Shown here piece after piece: positions 60,331 to 64,000 of a stretch of 64,000 nucleotides of DNA. Source of the stretch: the human T2T-CHM13v2.0 reference genome, Homo sapiens. Within the stretch, counting starts at the first letter, position 1. Every line of letters starts with the position of its first letter. The translations under genes and the position numbers were made by a program. Below the pieces are notes generated by a model. That model made no database searches. It had not been told where the DNA came from and was given only the letters and a program-made list of their open reading frames with translations. Location: NCBI RefSeq assembly GCF_009914755.1, contig NC_060936.1; one strand, given 5' to 3'.

Positions 60331-62050
60331 TCAAATTAAAATAATTAGCTGGGGATGATGGTGCATGCCTGTGGTCACCGTTGTCCCAGCTACTTTGGAG
60401 GCTGAGGCAGGAGGATCACTTCAGCCTGGGAGGTCAAAGCTTCAGTGACCTGTGGTCGTGCCACTGCAGTCCAGCCTGGGCAACAGAGTAAGACTCTACC
60501 TCTAAAAAACCAGAACAAAATGAACAGAAACAAAAAACCCATAAATATAGTTGCAAACATTCTAAGCCAAATTTTAACAGAAATAACCCATAATATAATA
60601 CATATAACAGATCTAATCCATTAATATAATGCAATCCTAAATTGTTTTAACCTTATATAATTAATGAGTGTAATTCATGTTAAAAGACTAGAAATTTTTA
60701 ACCTAAAAAAAAAACAAAGAAAATACTAGATATTTTTAAAATAAAAATGTATATATAATCATCTCAATAGATGTAGAAAAATATTAGACAAAATTAACAC
60801 CTATTCCTGATCAGTCCTCTAAGAATGCAAGGAACAAAAGGGAACTTCCTAAAACTGATTAAGGACGTCTATGAAACATCTACAGTTTACACCATACTTA
60901 GTGGTGCAACACTGAATGATCTCTTCTCAAGATCAATTTCAAAATAAGGATATTGTTCTCACTACTTTTATTTCTCATTGAACGGGAGGTTCAGGCAAGG
61001 AAAAGAATAAAAGCATTGGAAAGGAAAAGATAGAAGTGCTTCCGCTGGCACACAGAATGATTATTTGTGTAGAAAATCTGATGACATCTACAAAAAAAGT
61101 TACTAGAAGAAACAAATAAGTTTATCAAGGTTTCAGAATATAAGGTGAATATTTAAAAGTCTATTATATTTCTCCATACTAGCAATAAACAGTTGGAAAT
61201 TAAAATTATCAATGATAATTCCCATGTACAGTAGCGTCGAAACTATGAAGTATATATGGTAAGCTAACAAAATATGTAAAAATATCTGTAAGAGAAAACT
61301 GCAAAACATTGCTCAGAGAAATTTTAAAATACCTAAATAAATGCAGAGACATACTTTATTCAAGAGTCAGAAAAATCAATATTTTTAAGGTTTCAATTCT
61401 GCCCAAATCGATTTGTAGATTCAATGTAATCACAATCAGAATTCCAAAAGAGTTTTTGTAGAAATTAGTGAGCCAATTCAAAAATCAATATGGAAAATAT
61501 AGTGACATAGCTCAGCCAATGTAACTTTGCAAAAGAAAAATAAATTTGAAGGACTGTCACTGCATGATTTTAAGATTTATTATAAAACTACAGTATTCAA
61601 AATAATGTGGTGGTGGTGTATAAATACGCAAATACAAAAATACAACAATCAGTGGAATAAAATAGAGAGTTTAGAAATAATCCCATGAATATACAGACAA
61701 CTGATTGGTGATAAAGGTGCAAAAGCAATTTAGTAAAGAAAAATAGTCTTTTCGACAAATTTACATTTGTCGAATTAATCCCAAATAAATCATAGACCTC
61801 AGTATAAAACCTGAAGCTATAAAATGTCTAGAAAAAAATAAAGGAGAAAATTTTTGTGACCTTGAGTTAGTCAATGAGTTCTTACAAACCACAGCAGAAT
61901 AATAAAAATGGACTTCATTAAAATAAAAAACTTCTGCTTTATGAGTATATTGTTCAAAGAATGAAAAGACAGGCTGGGCGGTGGCTCACACCTGTAATCC
62001 TAGTACTTCGGGAGGCCAAGGCAGGCAGATCACTTGAGGTCAGGAGTTCA

Positions 62051-62245
<195 letters not shown>

Positions 62246-62407
62246 TCAAAAAAAAAAAAAAAAAGACAAGACAAGAAAAACATTTCAAGATGCATATCTG
62301 ATAAAAGGTTTTTATCCCAAATATATAAAGTTCTCAAACTCAACAGTAAGAAAAATAAACCAAGTAAAAATTCTCAAAAGATTTATACAGTTACTTTATC
62401 AAAGTTA

Positions 62408-62933
<526 letters not shown>

Positions 62934-63016
62934 TTAATCATACACCTACTGTGTGATCCAGACGTTATACTCCTAAGTATTTAACCAAGAGAAAAGAAAT
63001 CCTATGTTCATACAGA

Positions 63017-64000
63017 CTTGTACACAAATGTTCACAGCAGCTTTATTTGTAATATCCCAAAACTAAAACAACCCAAATGTCATCAACAAGTAAATGGGTA
63101 AATGAATTGTGGTATATCCATACAAGGGAATATTCAACATTTAAAAGAATGAATTCATACGAGCATCAAGATGGAGACATATGAATCTCAAAATAATTAT
63201 GCAAAGTGAAAGAAGCCAGACAAAAAAAAAAGACATACTATATGATTCCATTCACATAAAACTACAAAATGCAAAATGAAAGCCGATTGGTGGTTTTCTG
63301 GGGAGGAGTCATCAGGAGGAGCATTGTGACACTTTGAGGGATGATGGATATGTTCACTCTCTTAATTGTAGTATGCATGTTCTCCACAAGGTGTGAAAAC
63401 TTATCAAATAGTACACTTTAAATATGTTCAGTTTATTTTATGTTAATTATATCTCAATAAAGCTTTTAACAAAAGCAAACATCTCTTGCCTACATAAGGA
63501 TGACACAGCTCTTAAAAAAAAAAAAAGATTCCTGCTAGATTGTGTGCAGCAAAATAAAAAGGCTTCCTTTAAAGTAGAATAGCCTGTGAAGAGTGGGTGG
63601 AAAGGAAATAGAAGCCTAAAAATAGAAGATATATTTCTAATTCCATCTGTTTCTATTCAGCGATATTTGCATACCTGGCTTAGTTTGTTCTAGATTGAGT
63701 GTCTTCATTTTTTTTGTCTTGTATGTTTCGGAATTATAGCATAGCAAAACAGAGTTGAGAAGAGTTCATCTACAAAAGGTATGTTCTTTAGGGAAAGAAA
63801 TTCTATTCTTACCTCTGGGCCACACATCCCATGATTCTAACAAGAACTGTTGTGAAGGGTTAAATCTATTAATCTGTCCTCTGGTAGAAAAAAAAATGAA
63901 GAAATAATAACTGATTCAGGAAGTGGTAACAGGTTGTGGATTAGCTTACAGAAAAGACCACTCACTTACTAATTACTTTCTTGGGCTCCCCACTTGTCCC
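63017..64000 (-). other. OLR1: OLR1 (LOX-1) distal 3' UTR; CDS lies beyond the window
   Basis: Known gene order CLEC1A-CLEC7A-OLR1; minus-strand text matches my recollection of the OLR1 mRNA end (...TTACAAATAAAGCTGCTGTGAACATTTGTGTACAAG); AATAAA at 63047-63042; no coding sequence here to confirm. Confidence 0.75.

Overview
Human genomic DNA, recognised as the Dectin-1 C-type lectin cluster of the NK gene complex on 12p13. All three genes lie on the minus strand: coding exon 1 of CLEC1A (3479-3593, Ala26 allele), the complete 6-exon CLEC7A/Dectin-1 gene (CDS 34750->23133, 744 nt, 247 aa, Tyr238 intact), and probably the distal 3' UTR of OLR1 (~63017-64000). The rest is mostly transposon-derived: nested L1s, more than 30 Alus, ERV/MaLR LTRs, a MADE1 MITE and a processed HNRNPAB pseudogene. 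I see no evidence of a wholly new gene system. The most unusual signals are structural: (1) an Alu split by an inversion with a ~190-bp inverted duplication beside a perfect 26-bp hairpin; (2) a younger L1 that replaced ~1 kb of an older L1 and carries a probable 3' transduction; (3) an Alu and an HNRNPAB retrocopy inside one target-site duplication; (4) sequence-level explanations for Dectin-1 isoforms (GC donor on the stalk exon, an Alu-born poison exon, uORFs). Repeat subfamily names come from memory of consensus sequences, not from a search, and repeat boundaries are approximate.
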